In this document: piece after piece, positions 7,976-17,780 of the stretch
How the letters are laid out: every line of letters begins with the position of its first letter
Numbering within the stretch: the first letter of the stretch is position 1
Source: Actinomycetales bacterium
GTDB lineage: Bacteria; Actinomycetota; Actinomycetes; Actinomycetales; CAVURS01
Direction: 5' to 3'
Assembly: GCA_045807245.1 (NCBI GenBank)
Contig: JBJMHS010000001.1
Location: 1 to 33,647, forward strand
Length of the DNA stretch: 33,647 nt
Position numbers and translations under genes: made by a program
Notes under the pieces: model-generated
Database searches by the model: none
What the model saw: the letters and a program-made list of their open reading frames with translations, nothing else
Told to the model about the DNA's origin: nothing

Positions 7976-10273
7976 CTACCCGCGCTCGAGGAAGTCGATC
8001 TGGTCGTGGCTCAGCCGCAGCCCGAGCGTGTCGACCAGGGCCGGCTGCGACACCAGCACCGGGTCGGCGTCGACCAGCTCGGTCGCGTCCGCCCGGGCCT
8101 CGGCGATCACGTCCTCGTGGTCCATGACCCTGAGCAGGCGGAGCGAGGACCGGCCACCCGACTGCGAGGCGCCGAGCACGTTGCCTTCGCCGCGCTGGCG
8201 CAGGTCGACGGCCGCCAGCTCGAACCCGTCCAGCGTGGCGGCGACGGCCTCGAGGCGCTGCCATCCGGACGATGTCCGCTCGGCGTCACTGACCAGCAGG
8301 CAGAGCCCCGGGGCCGATCCCCGGCCGACGCGGCCGCGGAGCTGATGCAGCTGCGAGACCCCGAACCGGTCGGCGTCCTCGATGACCATCGTGGTCGCGT
8401 TGGGGACGTCGACGCCGACCTCGACGACGGTCGTGGCGACCAGCACGTCGATGCGGCCGGCCGCGAAGTCGGCCATCACGGCGTCCTTCTCCTCGGCCGG
8501 CAGCCGCCCGTGCAGCGCGTCGATCCGGGTGCCGGTCAGAGCCGGGTTCTGCCGGAGCTGGTCCAGCCGGTCCAGGGCGGCCACCGCGGGCCGCCGCAGG
8601 GCCTCGGCGGCCGCCTCGTCGGCATCGCGCTCGAGCTGGAGCAGCATCGTGTCCTCGCTGGCGAACTCGCCGCCGATCCGAGGGCAGACGACGTAGGCCT
8701 GGTGGCCTCGATGCACCTCCTCGCGCACCCGCTCCCAGGTCCGCTCGACCCACCGACGGTCCCCCGCGGCCACGACATGGGTCGTGATGGGCTGTCGCCC
8801 GGCCGGGAGCTCGCGGAGGGTGGAGGTCGCGAGATCGCCGAACACGGTCATCGCCACGGTCCGTGGGATGGGCGTCGCCGTCATGACCAGCACGTGCGGT
8901 GGCCGGTCCGCCTTGGCGCGCAACGCATCCCGCTGCTCCACGCCGAAACGGTGCTGCTCGTCGACGACGATCAGGCCCAGGTCGTGGAACTCCACGCGCT
9001 CCTGCAGCAACGCATGCGTGCCGATGACGATGCCCGCCGCGCCCGACGCCGCGTCGGCCAGCGCCCGCTTGCGGGCCGCCGCAGAGACGCTGCCGGTCAG
9101 CAGGCGCACCTGGGTCCCGCCGTCGTGACCGCCGAGCATGCCGCCCATCGCGAGGTCGCCCATCATCGTCGTGATCGACCGATGGTGTTGCTGCGCAAGG
9201 ACTTCCGTGGGCGCCAGCAACGCGGCCTGACCACCGGCGTCGACGACCCGCAGCATGGCGCGCAACGCGACGACCGTCTTGCCAGAGCCGACCTCGCCCT
9301 GCAGCAACCGGTGCATCGGATGCTCCCGCGCCAGGTCGTCGGCGATGACCTCGCCGACGTCCGTCTGGCCGGCGGTGAGGACGAACGGCAGCCGCAGGTC
9401 GAAGGCCGCGAGCAGGCCGGCGTCCTTGCCGGGACGCGGCACCGCAGGCTGCGCCGCCACCTCGGCCCGCCGTCCGGCCAGCGCGACCTGCAGGACGAAA
9501 GCCTCGTCGTACCGCAGTCGGGCCTGTGCGCGCTCGAGGGCCTCCGTGCTGCTCGGGCGATGGATCTCCTGCAGCGCCTCGGCGAGCGGCATCAGCTGCC
9601 GCCGCGTCCGGATCCCTTGCGGCACAAAGTCTTCCAGCATCTTGGTCGCGGGGTGGTCGAGCAGGACCTCGACCGCCTTCGCGACCTTCCAGGTCGCCAC
9701 CTTGGCAGCGGCCGGATAGATCGGGCGGATCTGGTCGGCGAACCGCTCAGCCCGTTGCAGTGCGCCTTCGGCCTCGACCGGGTCGTCCTCGACGTCACCC
9801 ACGTCGAACGCCTCGAACTCCGGGTGGCTCAGCTGCCGTTTGCCGCGGAAGCTGCCGACGGTGCCGGCGAACAGCATCTGCCGGCCCGGTTGCAGCTCGG
9901 CGGTGAACTTCTGCTCCAGCCACGGTCGGGGCGCGAAGAACGACACCTCGAGGTGATCGACACCGTCGGTGATCGACGCCTTGACCACGCTGCCGCGCCG
10001 GTTGCGCATACGAAAGCTGCTGACCTTGGTGACGCGGGCCAGCACGGTGACCTGCTCGCCCTCGCGCAGTTCGCGCAGCGGCGTCAGCTCGCCGCGCTCG
10101 ATGTACCGGCGCGGGTAGTGCCGGAGCAGGTCGTCGACGGTCAGCAGGCCGAGGTGCTTCTCCAGCGGCTGGGCCGAGCGCAGCCCGATGGCCTTCTCGA
10201 GCGGCTGGGCCAGGAACGGGACGGGTGCGTCGAGCGGGCCGGGCGGGACGGCGCGGTCCATCGGTCGGCTCAT
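7976..10273 (-). CDS. recG: ATP-dependent DNA helicase RecG (start uncertain, 10261-10288)
   Basis: RLLQGEVGSGKT, DEQHRFGVEQR, MTATPIPRT, QLHQLRGRVGRG. Confidence 0.97.
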   Translation of the reverse strand: MSRPMDRAVPPGPLDAPVPFLAQPLEKAIGLRSAQPLEKHLGLLTVDDLLRHYPRRYIERGELTPLRELREGEQVTVLARVTKVSSFRMRNRRGSVVKASITDGVDHLEVSFFAPRPWLEQKFTAELQPGRQMLFAGTVGSFRGKRQLSHPEFEAFDVGDVEDDPVEAEGALQRAERFADQIRPIYPAAAKVATWKVAKAVEVLLDHPATKMLEDFVPQGIRTRRQLMPLAEALQEIHRPSSTEALERAQARLRYDEAFVLQVALAGRRAEVAAQPAVPRPGKDAGLLAAFDLRLPFVLTAGQTDVGEVIADDLAREHPMHRLLQGEVGSGKTVVALRAMLRVVDAGGQAALLAPTEVLAQQHHRSITTMMGDLAMGGMLGGHDGGTQVRLLTGSVSAAARKRALADAASGAAGIVIGTHALLQERVEFHDLGLIVVDEQHRFGVEQRDALRAKADRPPHVLVMTATPIPRTVAMTVFGDLATSTLRELPAGRQPITTHVVAAGDRRWVERTWERVREEVHRGHQAYVVCPRIGGEFASEDTMLLQLERDADEAAAEALRRPAVAALDRLDQLRQNPALTGTRIDALHGRLPAEEKDAVMADFAAGRIDVLVATTVVEVGVDVPNATTMVIEDADRFGVSQLHQLRGRVGRGSAPGLCLLVSDAERTSSGWQRLEAVAATLDGFELAAVDLRQRGEGNVLGASQSGGRSSLRLLRVMDHEDVIAEARADATELVDADPVLVSQPALVDTLGLRLSHDQIDFLERG

Positions 10274-10291
10274 GTCGCGCTCACTCAAGGC

Positions 10292-12019
10292 TCACTCGAC
10301 GCCGACCAGCAGGTACGGCGCTCGCTGCCCGCCGTCGTACGCCGTGACGTCCACGTCCGGACGCTCGGCCCGGACGGCCCGCGCGACGCGGTCCGCGAAG
10401 CCGGTCTCGGCGCGCGCTCCGGCCACCAGCGTCACCAGCTCGCCGCCGCCGCCGAGCAGCCGATGGACGACGGCCACCGCCACCTCGGCCAGCTCCGACC
10501 CGATGACCGCCACGTCGCCGTCCACGTGTCCGAGTACGTCTCCGGCCCGGCAGAGTCCGGCCGACGTCATGCCCTCGCCCTCGGCGACCTCGACCAGCCC
10601 GTGCCGGCAGCCGGCCGCCGCCGTCGACATCTCGAGCAGGTCGCGCTCGGCGTCACGGCTGGGCTCGTGCACCGCCACGGCGGCGATGACCTGGACGGCC
10701 GAGCGGCAGCGGACCACTCGCAGTCGCGCGTCCTGGGCGGCCGCCGCCAGCGCTACCGAGAGGGTGTCGGCGTCACCGGGCAGCACCGCGACCAGCGCCG
10801 TGCCGGCGTCCTGCGCCGCCGTTGCCAGACCGGCCTGCACGTGCTCACTCGGGACGACTCGCGCGCCGGCCCGTGCCAGCAGGTCGGTCAAGCCCGGTCC
10901 GTCGACCACGGCCAACAGACCCAGTCCGGCCGTCTCCCCCGGTCGCCCTGCGCCGGTGCCCTCCGTGCCCTCGGTGCCCGCGGTGCGCGGGACCGGCGGT
11001 GCGAAGCCCACTATCCGGACCCGGTGCGGCCGCCCGACCGCGAACCCGGCCTCGACCGCCGCGCCCACGTCGTCGACGTGGGCGTGGACCTGCCACAGCC
11101 CGTTGCCCCCGACCACCACGACCGAGTCGCCGAGCCGGTCCAGTACGGCTCGCAGGCCGGCCACCCGGCCGGACTCCTCAGGACCGGGTGCGGTGTCGAG
11201 CAGGTACATGACCTCGTGCGCCGGGGAGTCGGCGCGCCCCTCCGCCGGCCGGTCCGGGCCCGGCAGCCCCGTGCCGCTCGGGGCGTCGGCCTGGGATCGG
11301 TCGGTCGCCGTCGGGCTCGGCCGGCCATCGCCGGTCGACTCCCCCGTCACGGCGGACTCGAGCGCCGCCAGCAGGACGACCAGGCCTCGGCCGCCGGCGT
11401 CGACCCGGCCGTGCAGTGCCGCCAGCTGGCCGGGGGTGGCCCGCAGGGCCGCCTCACCGGCCGACCGCGCGGCGCCGACGACGCTCCCGAGGTCCCCCTC
11501 CGCGGCGGCCGCGCGGGTCGCCGCCTGCGCGGCCGCGTCCGCGACGGACAGGATCGTGCCCTCCACCGGACGGGCCAGGGCCGCTCGCGCGAGACCCGCG
11601 GCGCTGCTCAGCGCGGCCGCCAGTGCACGCCCGTCCAGGGCGTCCGTCTGACGAGCCGCGTCCGCGACACCTCGCAGCAGCTGGCTCAGGATGGTGCCGG
11701 AGTTGCCGCAGGCGCCGCGCAACAGTGCGGTCGCCAAGGTGTCGCAGACCTGGGCCAGCGAGTCGGACCCCGCGCCGCCCGCCGCGTTCAGTGCGTCGAC
11801 GCCGGCCTGCATGGTCCGGACCAGGTTGGTGCCGGTGTCCGCGTCCGGCACCGGGTAGACGTTCAGCAGGTCGATCTCGGTCCGGGCCGCCACGAGCGCA
11901 GCCAGCCCGGCGTCGGCCCAGCGGCGTACGGTCGGTCCGTCGAGCACCGCGAGGCCCGCCCGGCCCGCCCGGCCCGCCGGGGCTGCGGTCCCGCTCGGCT
12001 CACCCTGCGCCGCCACCAC
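10292..12019 (-). CDS. DAK2 domain protein (FakA/YloV-like)
   Basis: LNVYPVPDADTGTN, GNSGTILSQ, VEGTILSV, VDAGG, GGQ C-terminus; position between rpmB and recG. Confidence 0.92.
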   Translation of the reverse strand: MVAAQGEPSGTAAPAGRAGRAGLAVLDGPTVRRWADAGLAALVAARTEIDLLNVYPVPDADTGTNLVRTMQAGVDALNAAGGAGSDSLAQVCDTLATALLRGACGNSGTILSQLLRGVADAARQTDALDGRALAAALSSAAGLARAALARPVEGTILSVADAAAQAATRAAAAEGDLGSVVGAARSAGEAALRATPGQLAALHGRVDAGGRGLVVLLAALESAVTGESTGDGRPSPTATDRSQADAPSGTGLPGPDRPAEGRADSPAHEVMYLLDTAPGPEESGRVAGLRAVLDRLGDSVVVVGGNGLWQVHAHVDDVGAAVEAGFAVGRPHRVRIVGFAPPVPRTAGTEGTEGTGAGRPGETAGLGLLAVVDGPGLTDLLARAGARVVPSEHVQAGLATAAQDAGTALVAVLPGDADTLSVALAAAAQDARLRVVRCRSAVQVIAAVAVHEPSRDAERDLLEMSTAAAGCRHGLVEVAEGEGMTSAGLCRAGDVLGHVDGDVAVIGSELAEVAVAVVHRLLGGGGELVTLVAGARAETGFADRVARAVRAERPDVDVTAYDGGQRAPYLLVGVE

Positions 12020-12058
12020 GCTGGGAGGCTAGCCAATGGCGCCGACGAAACGGCCGGT

Positions 12059-12088
12059 TTGGGAGGTGACGGCGTGCTCGGTTACCCT
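12059..12088 (+). promoter_or_regulatory. Putative housekeeping sigma promoter of rpmB
   Basis: TTGGGA-N18-TACCCT upstream of rpmB. Confidence 0.5.
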
Positions 12089-12168
12089 GTTCCGGTTGCC
12101 CGGGACACCCGGGCTCAGGCGCGCGGACACCGGCGCCACCATCCGACTGACCTGACCAGGAGATCACT

Positions 12169-12354
12169 GTGGCTGCCACCTGCGACGTCTGCGGCAAGGG
12201 CCCGGGCTTCGGTCACAACATCTCGCACTCGCACCGCCGGACCAAGCGGCGCTGGAACCCGAACATCCAGCGGGTGCGCGCCATGGTCGGCTCGACCCCC
12301 AAGCGGCTCAACGTCTGCACCTCCTGCCTGAAGGCCGGCAAGGTCACCCGCTGA
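12169..12354 (+). CDS. rpmB: 50S ribosomal protein L28 (Zn-binding form)
   Basis: CDVCGKGPGFGHNISHSHRRTKRRWNPN, CTSC; AGGAG RBS. Confidence 0.98.
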   Translation: MAATCDVCGKGPGFGHNISHSHRRTKRRWNPNIQRVRAMVGSTPKRLNVCTSCLKAGKVTR

Positions 12355-12373
12355 CTGAGCACGGTGGCCCACG

Positions 12374-12408
12374 ATGGCCGGCTCCCCTGGGGGCCGGCCA
12401 TATTCATG
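12374..12408 (+). terminator. Intrinsic terminator between convergent rpmB and thiL
   Basis: ATGGCCGGCTCC...GGGGCCGGCCAT stem followed by ATTCATG. Confidence 0.65.
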
Positions 12409-13411
12409 TCTGCGGGCGGTCCGGCTCGAAGTGGTCCCAGCCGGTCACCTCGCCGATGAGCTCGGCCGGGGGACGGCCGTCCGCCAGCACGGGACCGTCC
12501 CCACGAGCGACCACAGCACCGATCGTCCGGTACGGCGCGGGCACCGGCCCGGGCGGGAAGGTCGCCAGGAGCGGGTGGTCCTCGCCCCCGGTGAGAACCC
12601 AGCGCAGGGCCAGCGCCCGGTCGGCCATGCCGTCCGCCGCGTCCTCGAGCGCCGCCGAGTCCGCCCTCAGAGCAGCGACATCGAGGTCGAGCGTCACGCC
12701 GCTGGCGTCGGCGATGCGACCGGCGTCGCGCAGCAAGCCGTCGCTGACGTCCAACAGGGCGGTGGCACCGCCGGTCGCGGCTGCCGGCCCGGCGTCGTAC
12801 GGCGGCTCGGGGCGCAGGTGAGCGGCGACCAGATGCGGGGCGATGTCGCCCCGGCGGGCCCGGAGCAGCTCCAGGCCGGCGGCCGACCAGCCGACCCGGC
12901 CGGCCAGGGCGACGGAGTCCCCTACCGTCGCGCCCGAGCGCAGGACCGGCGGGCGGCCTTGCAGGTCGCCGAGCGCCGTCACGGTCACGACGATCCGCTC
13001 GCCGGCGGACAGGTCGCCGCCGACCACACCTGCGCCGGTGCCGTTGCATGCTGCGGCCAGGCCCTCGGCCAGCCGTTCGACCCAGGCCACCGGCGTGGAC
13101 GGCGGTGCGGTGAGCGAGACCACCAGGGCGGTCGGCACGGCGCCCATGCCGGCGATGTCGGCGAGGTTCTGCGCGGCGGCCTTCCACCCGACGTCGTACC
13201 CGCCGGACCACTCGGCGCGCCAGTCGCCGCCCTCCACCATCTGGTCGGTCGTCACGACCACTCGACCGTCGGGCGCGGCCACGACCGCCGCGTCGTCCCC
13301 CGGCCCCACCAGCGTGGCGTCGGGTTGCGGCAGCAGAGGGAACACGCGGGCCAGCACGCCGGACTCACCGAGGTCGGCGAGGGTGACTTCCCCCTGCACG
13401 TCGTGAGGCAC
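12404..13411 (-). CDS. thiL: Thiamine-monophosphate kinase
   Basis: GPGDDAA, AQNLADIAGMGA, VVGGD, DVSDGL, TGGEDH, GWDHF. Confidence 0.95.
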   Translation of the reverse strand: MPHDVQGEVTLADLGESGVLARVFPLLPQPDATLVGPGDDAAVVAAPDGRVVVTTDQMVEGGDWRAEWSGGYDVGWKAAAQNLADIAGMGAVPTALVVSLTAPPSTPVAWVERLAEGLAAACNGTGAGVVGGDLSAGERIVVTVTALGDLQGRPPVLRSGATVGDSVALAGRVGWSAAGLELLRARRGDIAPHLVAAHLRPEPPYDAGPAAATGGATALLDVSDGLLRDAGRIADASGVTLDLDVAALRADSAALEDAADGMADRALALRWVLTGGEDHPLLATFPPGPVPAPYRTIGAVVARGDGPVLADGRPPAELIGEVTGWDHFEPDRPQT

Positions 13412-13470
13412 CGCGGCACGGTACCTTGCTAACGCTCGGTGGGTGGGCACGCACAGACGAGGAGGTCCCT

Positions 13471-13707
13471 GTGGTGGTCCAGGCATACATCCTGATCCAG
13501 ACCGAGGTCGGGAAGTCGACCTCCGTGGCCGAGGCGATCTCCGCCGTCGAGGGCGTGCTCGTCGCCGAGGACGTCACCGGCCCCTACGACGTGATCGCGC
13601 GCGTCGAGGCCCCCAACGTCGATGCCCTGGGCAAGCTGGTGATCGCCCGCGTGCAAGAGGTCCCAGGCATCACGCGCACGCTCACGTGCACCGTCGTCCA
13701 CGTCTGA
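13471..13707 (+). CDS. Stand-alone Lrp/AsnC ligand-binding (RAM) domain protein
   Basis: VQAYILIQTEVGK...VTGPYDVIA...ITRTLTC; GAGGAGG RBS; no HTH. Confidence 0.9.
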   Translation: MVVQAYILIQTEVGKSTSVAEAISAVEGVLVAEDVTGPYDVIARVEAPNVDALGKLVIARVQEVPGITRTLTCTVVHV

Positions 13708-14150
13708 GGGCGGCGTTCGCAGCGCTGGCGCTGCTCCCGGTCCTCGCCTTGGCGGCTGCCTGCTCCGACTCCGTGCGCGCCACCGTTCCGCCGAGTGGTG
13801 CCGACCCGGCCTGCACGCGCCTGGGCGGCACGCTGCCCTCCACCCTGCTCAAGGCGAAGCGGCGGCAGACCACGCCGTCCTCGCCGGCTCTGGCGGCATG
13901 GGGCGACCCGGCGATCGTCCTGCGCTGCGGGGTCGACCCGCCGGGCCCGACGCCGGAGCTGTGCATCGCCGTCGACGGGGTGGACTGGGTCGCGCGAGCG
14001 CTGGACAGCGGGTACGACTTCACGACGTACGGCCGGGTGCCTGCCGTGCAGGTGCTCGTGCCGAAGCACTACGCGCCGGAGACGTTTGCGCTGACCGGCC
14101 TGGCAGCGGCCGTCAAGGCGATCCCGCAAGGCGAGCACCGCTGCAGCTGA
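13686..14150 (+). CDS. DUF3515 family lipoprotein
   Basis: Basic N-terminus, hydrophobic stretch, LAAAC lipobox, AAWGDPAIVLRCGV, VDGVDW. Confidence 0.8.
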   Translation: MHRRPRLRAAFAALALLPVLALAAACSDSVRATVPPSGADPACTRLGGTLPSTLLKAKRRQTTPSSPALAAWGDPAIVLRCGVDPPGPTPELCIAVDGVDWVARALDSGYDFTTYGRVPAVQVLVPKHYAPETFALTGLAAAVKAIPQGEHRCS

Positions 14151-14166
14151 CGCGTCGACCGCTCGG

Positions 14167-15300
14167 TCAGCGCAGGCCGGTACGACGACGCAGCGCGAGC
14201 TGCAGCAACCGGTCGACCAGCGCCGGATAGTCCAGCCCGGCGCTGGCCCACATCCGCGGGAACATCGACACCGGCGTGAAGCCCGGCATGGTGTTCACTT
14301 CGTTGACCAGCACCTCACCCGCCTCCGTGAGGAAGAAGTCGACCCGCGCGAGCCCCTCGCAGCCGAGAGCCTGGAAGGCCCGGACCGCGTCGTCCGCGAT
14401 CTCGGCCGCCACGTCGTCCGGCAGCTCGGCGGGACAGCTCAGCCGCAGGTGCTCCTCGTCGAGATACTTGGCCTCGAAGTCGTAGAACTCGTGCCCACCG
14501 CCCAGCACGACGACCTCACCCAAGGGCGCGGTCTCGGGGCGGCCGCCGTCCAGCGCCTCCAGCACACCGCACTCGATCTCGCGACCGACGACCGCCGCTT
14601 CGACCAGCACCTTCGGGTCGTGCTCGCGGGCCGCTTCGACCGCACCGGTCAGCTCGTCCGGCCCGTGCACCTTGCTGATCCCCATGCTCGACCCGGCCCG
14701 GGCCGGCTTGACGAACACCGGCCAGCCCAGAGCGGCCACCGACTCCGCGCAGGCGGCCGGGTCGCGCTGCCACTCGGCGTCGCTGATGACGACGTGCGAC
14801 CCGACCGGCAGCCCGGCTCCCGCGAGCAGGACCTTCATGAACTGCTTGTCCATGGCGGCCGCCGACGCGAACACCCCCGACCCGACGTACGGGACGTCCG
14901 CCAGCTCGAGCAGTCCCTGCAAGGTCCCGTCCTCGCCGAACGGACCGTGCAGCAGTGGCAGGACGACGTCCACCTCGCCCAGCGTCCGTGGCACGGCACC
15001 GGGCTCGAGCACGGTGAGGCTGCGGTCGGCCGTGCTCGTCGGGACCAGGACACCCGGGCCGTCCGGGCTGATCTCCGGACGATGTCCGGGCCGCAGCTCG
15101 AGCGGCGCCGGGTCGTCGGCCACCAGCACCCAGCGCCCGTCCCGAGCGATGCCGATCGGCACCACGTCGTACCGTTCGCGGTCCAGGGCCCGCAGCACGC
15201 TGGCCGCCGTGCTGCAGCTCACCGCATGCTCGCTGGAACGCCCACCGAACACGACCGCGACCCGGACCCGCCGCGTCTGGCCCTCGTTGTCCTGCGTCAC
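14167..15300 (-). CDS. ddl: D-alanine--D-alanine ligase
   Basis: FGGRSSEHAVS, LHGPFGEDG, KPARAGSSMG, NEVNTMPGFT. Confidence 0.97.
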   Translation of the reverse strand: MTQDNEGQTRRVRVAVVFGGRSSEHAVSCSTAASVLRALDRERYDVVPIGIARDGRWVLVADDPAPLELRPGHRPEISPDGPGVLVPTSTADRSLTVLEPGAVPRTLGEVDVVLPLLHGPFGEDGTLQGLLELADVPYVGSGVFASAAAMDKQFMKVLLAGAGLPVGSHVVISDAEWQRDPAACAESVAALGWPVFVKPARAGSSMGISKVHGPDELTGAVEAAREHDPKVLVEAAVVGREIECGVLEALDGGRPETAPLGEVVVLGGGHEFYDFEAKYLDEEHLRLSCPAELPDDVAAEIADDAVRAFQALGCEGLARVDFFLTEAGEVLVNEVNTMPGFTPVSMFPRMWASAGLDYPALVDRLLQLALRRRTGLR

Positions 15301-15307
15301 GCCGGCG

Positions 15308-16309
15308 TCACTCCGCCTCCGCCTTGAGCGCGCGCGAGAGCAAGCGCCGGCCGATCTCGGCGGGCGAGGCGCCTTCGTGGACCACCGCGACGACGTTCTC
15401 GATGATGGGGACGTCCACGCCGTGGTGGTGAGCCAGGCCGAGGATCGAGCTGCACGACTTGACGCCCTCGGCCGTCGTCCGGGTCGCGGCGATGACTTCC
15501 TCGACCGACAGGCCCTTGCCGAGCCCCTCGCCGAACGTCCGGTTGCGCGACAGCGGCGACATGCACGTCGCGACCAGGTCGCCGATGCCGGCCAGGCCGA
15601 GGAAGGTCAGCGGGTCGGCCCCCAGCGCCGCCCCCAGCCGCGCCGTCTCGGCCAGCCCGCGGGTGATGATCGAGGCCTTCGCGTTGTCCCCGAGGCCCAT
15701 GCCGTCCGCCATGCCGACCGCGATCGCGATGACGTTCTTGACCGCACCGCCCAGCTCGGTGCCGACCACGTCGACGTTCGTGTACGGCCGGAAGTACGAC
15801 GTGGCGCACAGATCCGAGACGCGCTCGGCGACGGACCGGTCGATGCACGCGACGACGCTGGCGGCCGGCTCGCAGAGGGCGATCTCCGGAGCGAGGTTGG
15901 GTCCGGACAGCACCGCCACCCGCTCAGGGGCGATGCCGGCCACCTCGACGATGACCTCGCTCATCCGCCGGGTCGTGCCCAGCTCGACGCCCTTCATCAG
16001 ACTGACCACCACAGTCCGCTCAGGCAGGAACGGCGAGAGCCCGGTCAGGATCGCCCGCAGGTTCTGCGAGGGCAGCGCCAGCACGACCACCTCCGCGTCG
16101 GTCAGCGCCTTCTCACCGTCGGTCGTGGCCTGGATCGACTGCGGCAGAACGATGTCGGGCAGGTACTGCGAGTTGACGTGGTCGTTCTGGATCTCCTCGA
16201 CCACCTCGGGCCGGCGCCCCCACAGGATGACGTCGGAGCCCGCATCCCCGACGATCTTGGCGAACGCCGTACCCCAGCTGCCGGCGCCCATGACGGCGAC
16301 CCTGGTCAT
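15308..16309 (-). CDS. gpsA: NAD(P)H-dependent glycerol-3-phosphate dehydrogenase
   Basis: GAGSWGTA, SGPNLA, GGAVKNVIA, GDLVATC, SRN. Confidence 0.97.
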   Translation of the reverse strand: MTRVAVMGAGSWGTAFAKIVGDAGSDVILWGRRPEVVEEIQNDHVNSQYLPDIVLPQSIQATTDGEKALTDAEVVVLALPSQNLRAILTGLSPFLPERTVVVSLMKGVELGTTRRMSEVIVEVAGIAPERVAVLSGPNLAPEIALCEPAASVVACIDRSVAERVSDLCATSYFRPYTNVDVVGTELGGAVKNVIAIAVGMADGMGLGDNAKASIITRGLAETARLGAALGADPLTFLGLAGIGDLVATCMSPLSRNRTFGEGLGKGLSVEEVIAATRTTAEGVKSCSSILGLAHHHGVDVPIIENVVAVVHEGASPAEIGRRLLSRALKAEAE

Positions 16310-17067
16310 GCCGGCTTCTCCATCCTGCGACGGTCGAACGGCGTCGCCGGCGGCGTCTCGCCCGGCCGAAGTGGCAGCAACAGCCGCGTGATGTCGGCCA
16401 TGATCCGCGCCGTGGCCTCACGCAGGACCGTGGCGTCGATCGGACGGGCGCGCAGGTCGTCGAGGTCGACCGGCGGACCCGCGACGATGCGCATCTGCTT
16501 GCGCGGGAACAGCCGTGGGCGCAGCGAGTGGTACGGCAGCAGCGCATGCGCGCCCCACTGGGCCACGGGGATCAGCGGGCAGCCGGTCTCCAGCGTCACC
16601 CGGGCCGCACCGGTCTTGCCGGTCATCGGCCACAGGTCGGGATCGCGGGTGACCGTGCCCTCCGGGTAGATCGCGACGCACTTGCCGGCGCGGACGGCTT
16701 CGACCGCGGGAGCGAAGGCCTGCACCGCTTGGGGCCCGTCGCGGTACACCGGGATCTGGCCCGCACCGCGGACCACCCGACCGACGACCGGGACGCTGAA
16801 CAGTGCGCTCTTGGCCAGGAAGTACGGCGGGTGGCCGCTGTCGAAGAGGAAGTGCGCCAGCGCGATCGGGTCCGAGTCCGAGATGTGGTTCGAGCACACG
16901 ACGAAGCCACCGGAGCCGGGCAGGTGCTCCGCACCGCTCCACTCGTGGCTGGTGGCCAGACGGATGGCCGGCCGTAGGACACCCGCCGCGATCCGGTACG
17001 ACGTGCCCAGCCCTCGTCGGGACACTGTCGCTCCTGCCTGTCGCCCGCCTCGGTAGGTCCCGGTCAT
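16306..17067 (-). CDS. Lysophospholipid acyltransferase (PlsC family)
   Basis: NHISDSD (HX4D), FLAK, YPEGT motifs; 4-bp overlap with gpsA. Confidence 0.9.
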   Translation of the reverse strand: MTGTYRGGRQAGATVSRRGLGTSYRIAAGVLRPAIRLATSHEWSGAEHLPGSGGFVVCSNHISDSDPIALAHFLFDSGHPPYFLAKSALFSVPVVGRVVRGAGQIPVYRDGPQAVQAFAPAVEAVRAGKCVAIYPEGTVTRDPDLWPMTGKTGAARVTLETGCPLIPVAQWGAHALLPYHSLRPRLFPRKQMRIVAGPPVDLDDLRARPIDATVLREATARIMADITRLLLPLRPGETPPATPFDRRRMEKPA

Positions 17068-17126
17068 CCTCTCCGCTGCTCCGGGTCATGTCGAGGCGGC
17101 CACCGGCGTGCCGGACGATAGAACAG

Positions 17127-17771
17127 ATGAGCGACAACCTCGAGCCCCGGCCGCCGGCTCTGCAGTGGCGCGTGGTGCTCCCCGTGAAGGGTGCACCCGA
17201 TGCGAAGTCGCGCCTGGACGTCGGCCCGGAAGTGGCGCGTAACGAGCTCGCCCTGGCCATGGCCCTGGACACTCTCACCGCTGCGCTGGCGTCGCCTGCA
17301 GTGCAGGCCGTGCTGGTGGTCACGTCCGACCCGGCGATGGCGACGGCCGCCTCCGCGGCCGGCGCGCAGGTCGAGCCGGACCCGGGCCACGGCCTCGACC
17401 AGGCGGTACGACGAGGGCGCGACCTCCTTGCCACCGCGCGGTCGGGCCCGGTCGCCGCATTGCTGGCCGACGTACCGGCGCTTCGGGCCGAGGACCTGAC
17501 TGCGGCCCTGGCGTCGTGTGCGGCGTACGACGCGGCGTACGTCCCGGACGCTGAGGGGACCGGCACCGTGCTGCTCGCCGCGATGGTGCCGGACGGTCTG
17601 CGGCCCGCGTTCGGAGACGGATCGGCCGCCCGTCACGACTTGGTCGCCAAGCGGCTCGAGCTCGACCTGCCCCGCCTGCGTCGCGACGTCGACGTCGAGG
17701 CGTCTCTGCGCGAGGCACGCGCACTCGGCGTCGGCCCGCGGACGGCCGCCCTGCTCGACGGCCTTGGCTAG
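17127..17771 (+). CDS. cofC: Phosphoenolpyruvate/2-phospholactate guanylyltransferase (F420 biosynthesis)
   Basis: PVK...AKSRL, DAEGTGT, FGDGSAARH, LRRDVD. Confidence 0.92.
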   Translation: MSDNLEPRPPALQWRVVLPVKGAPDAKSRLDVGPEVARNELALAMALDTLTAALASPAVQAVLVVTSDPAMATAASAAGAQVEPDPGHGLDQAVRRGRDLLATARSGPVAALLADVPALRAEDLTAALASCAAYDAAYVPDAEGTGTVLLAAMVPDGLRPAFGDGSAARHDLVAKRLELDLPRLRRDVDVEASLREARALGVGPRTAALLDGLG

Positions 17772-17780
17772 CCTGGCCGC

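Noticed and set aside
7697..12331. 1544-aa plus-strand ORF, and similar long ORFs such as 81-2600, 1208-3250, 25387-28014 and 20496-22496
   Set aside because: Antisense shadows of real genes caused by stop-codon scarcity in high-GC DNA; no recognisable motifs.
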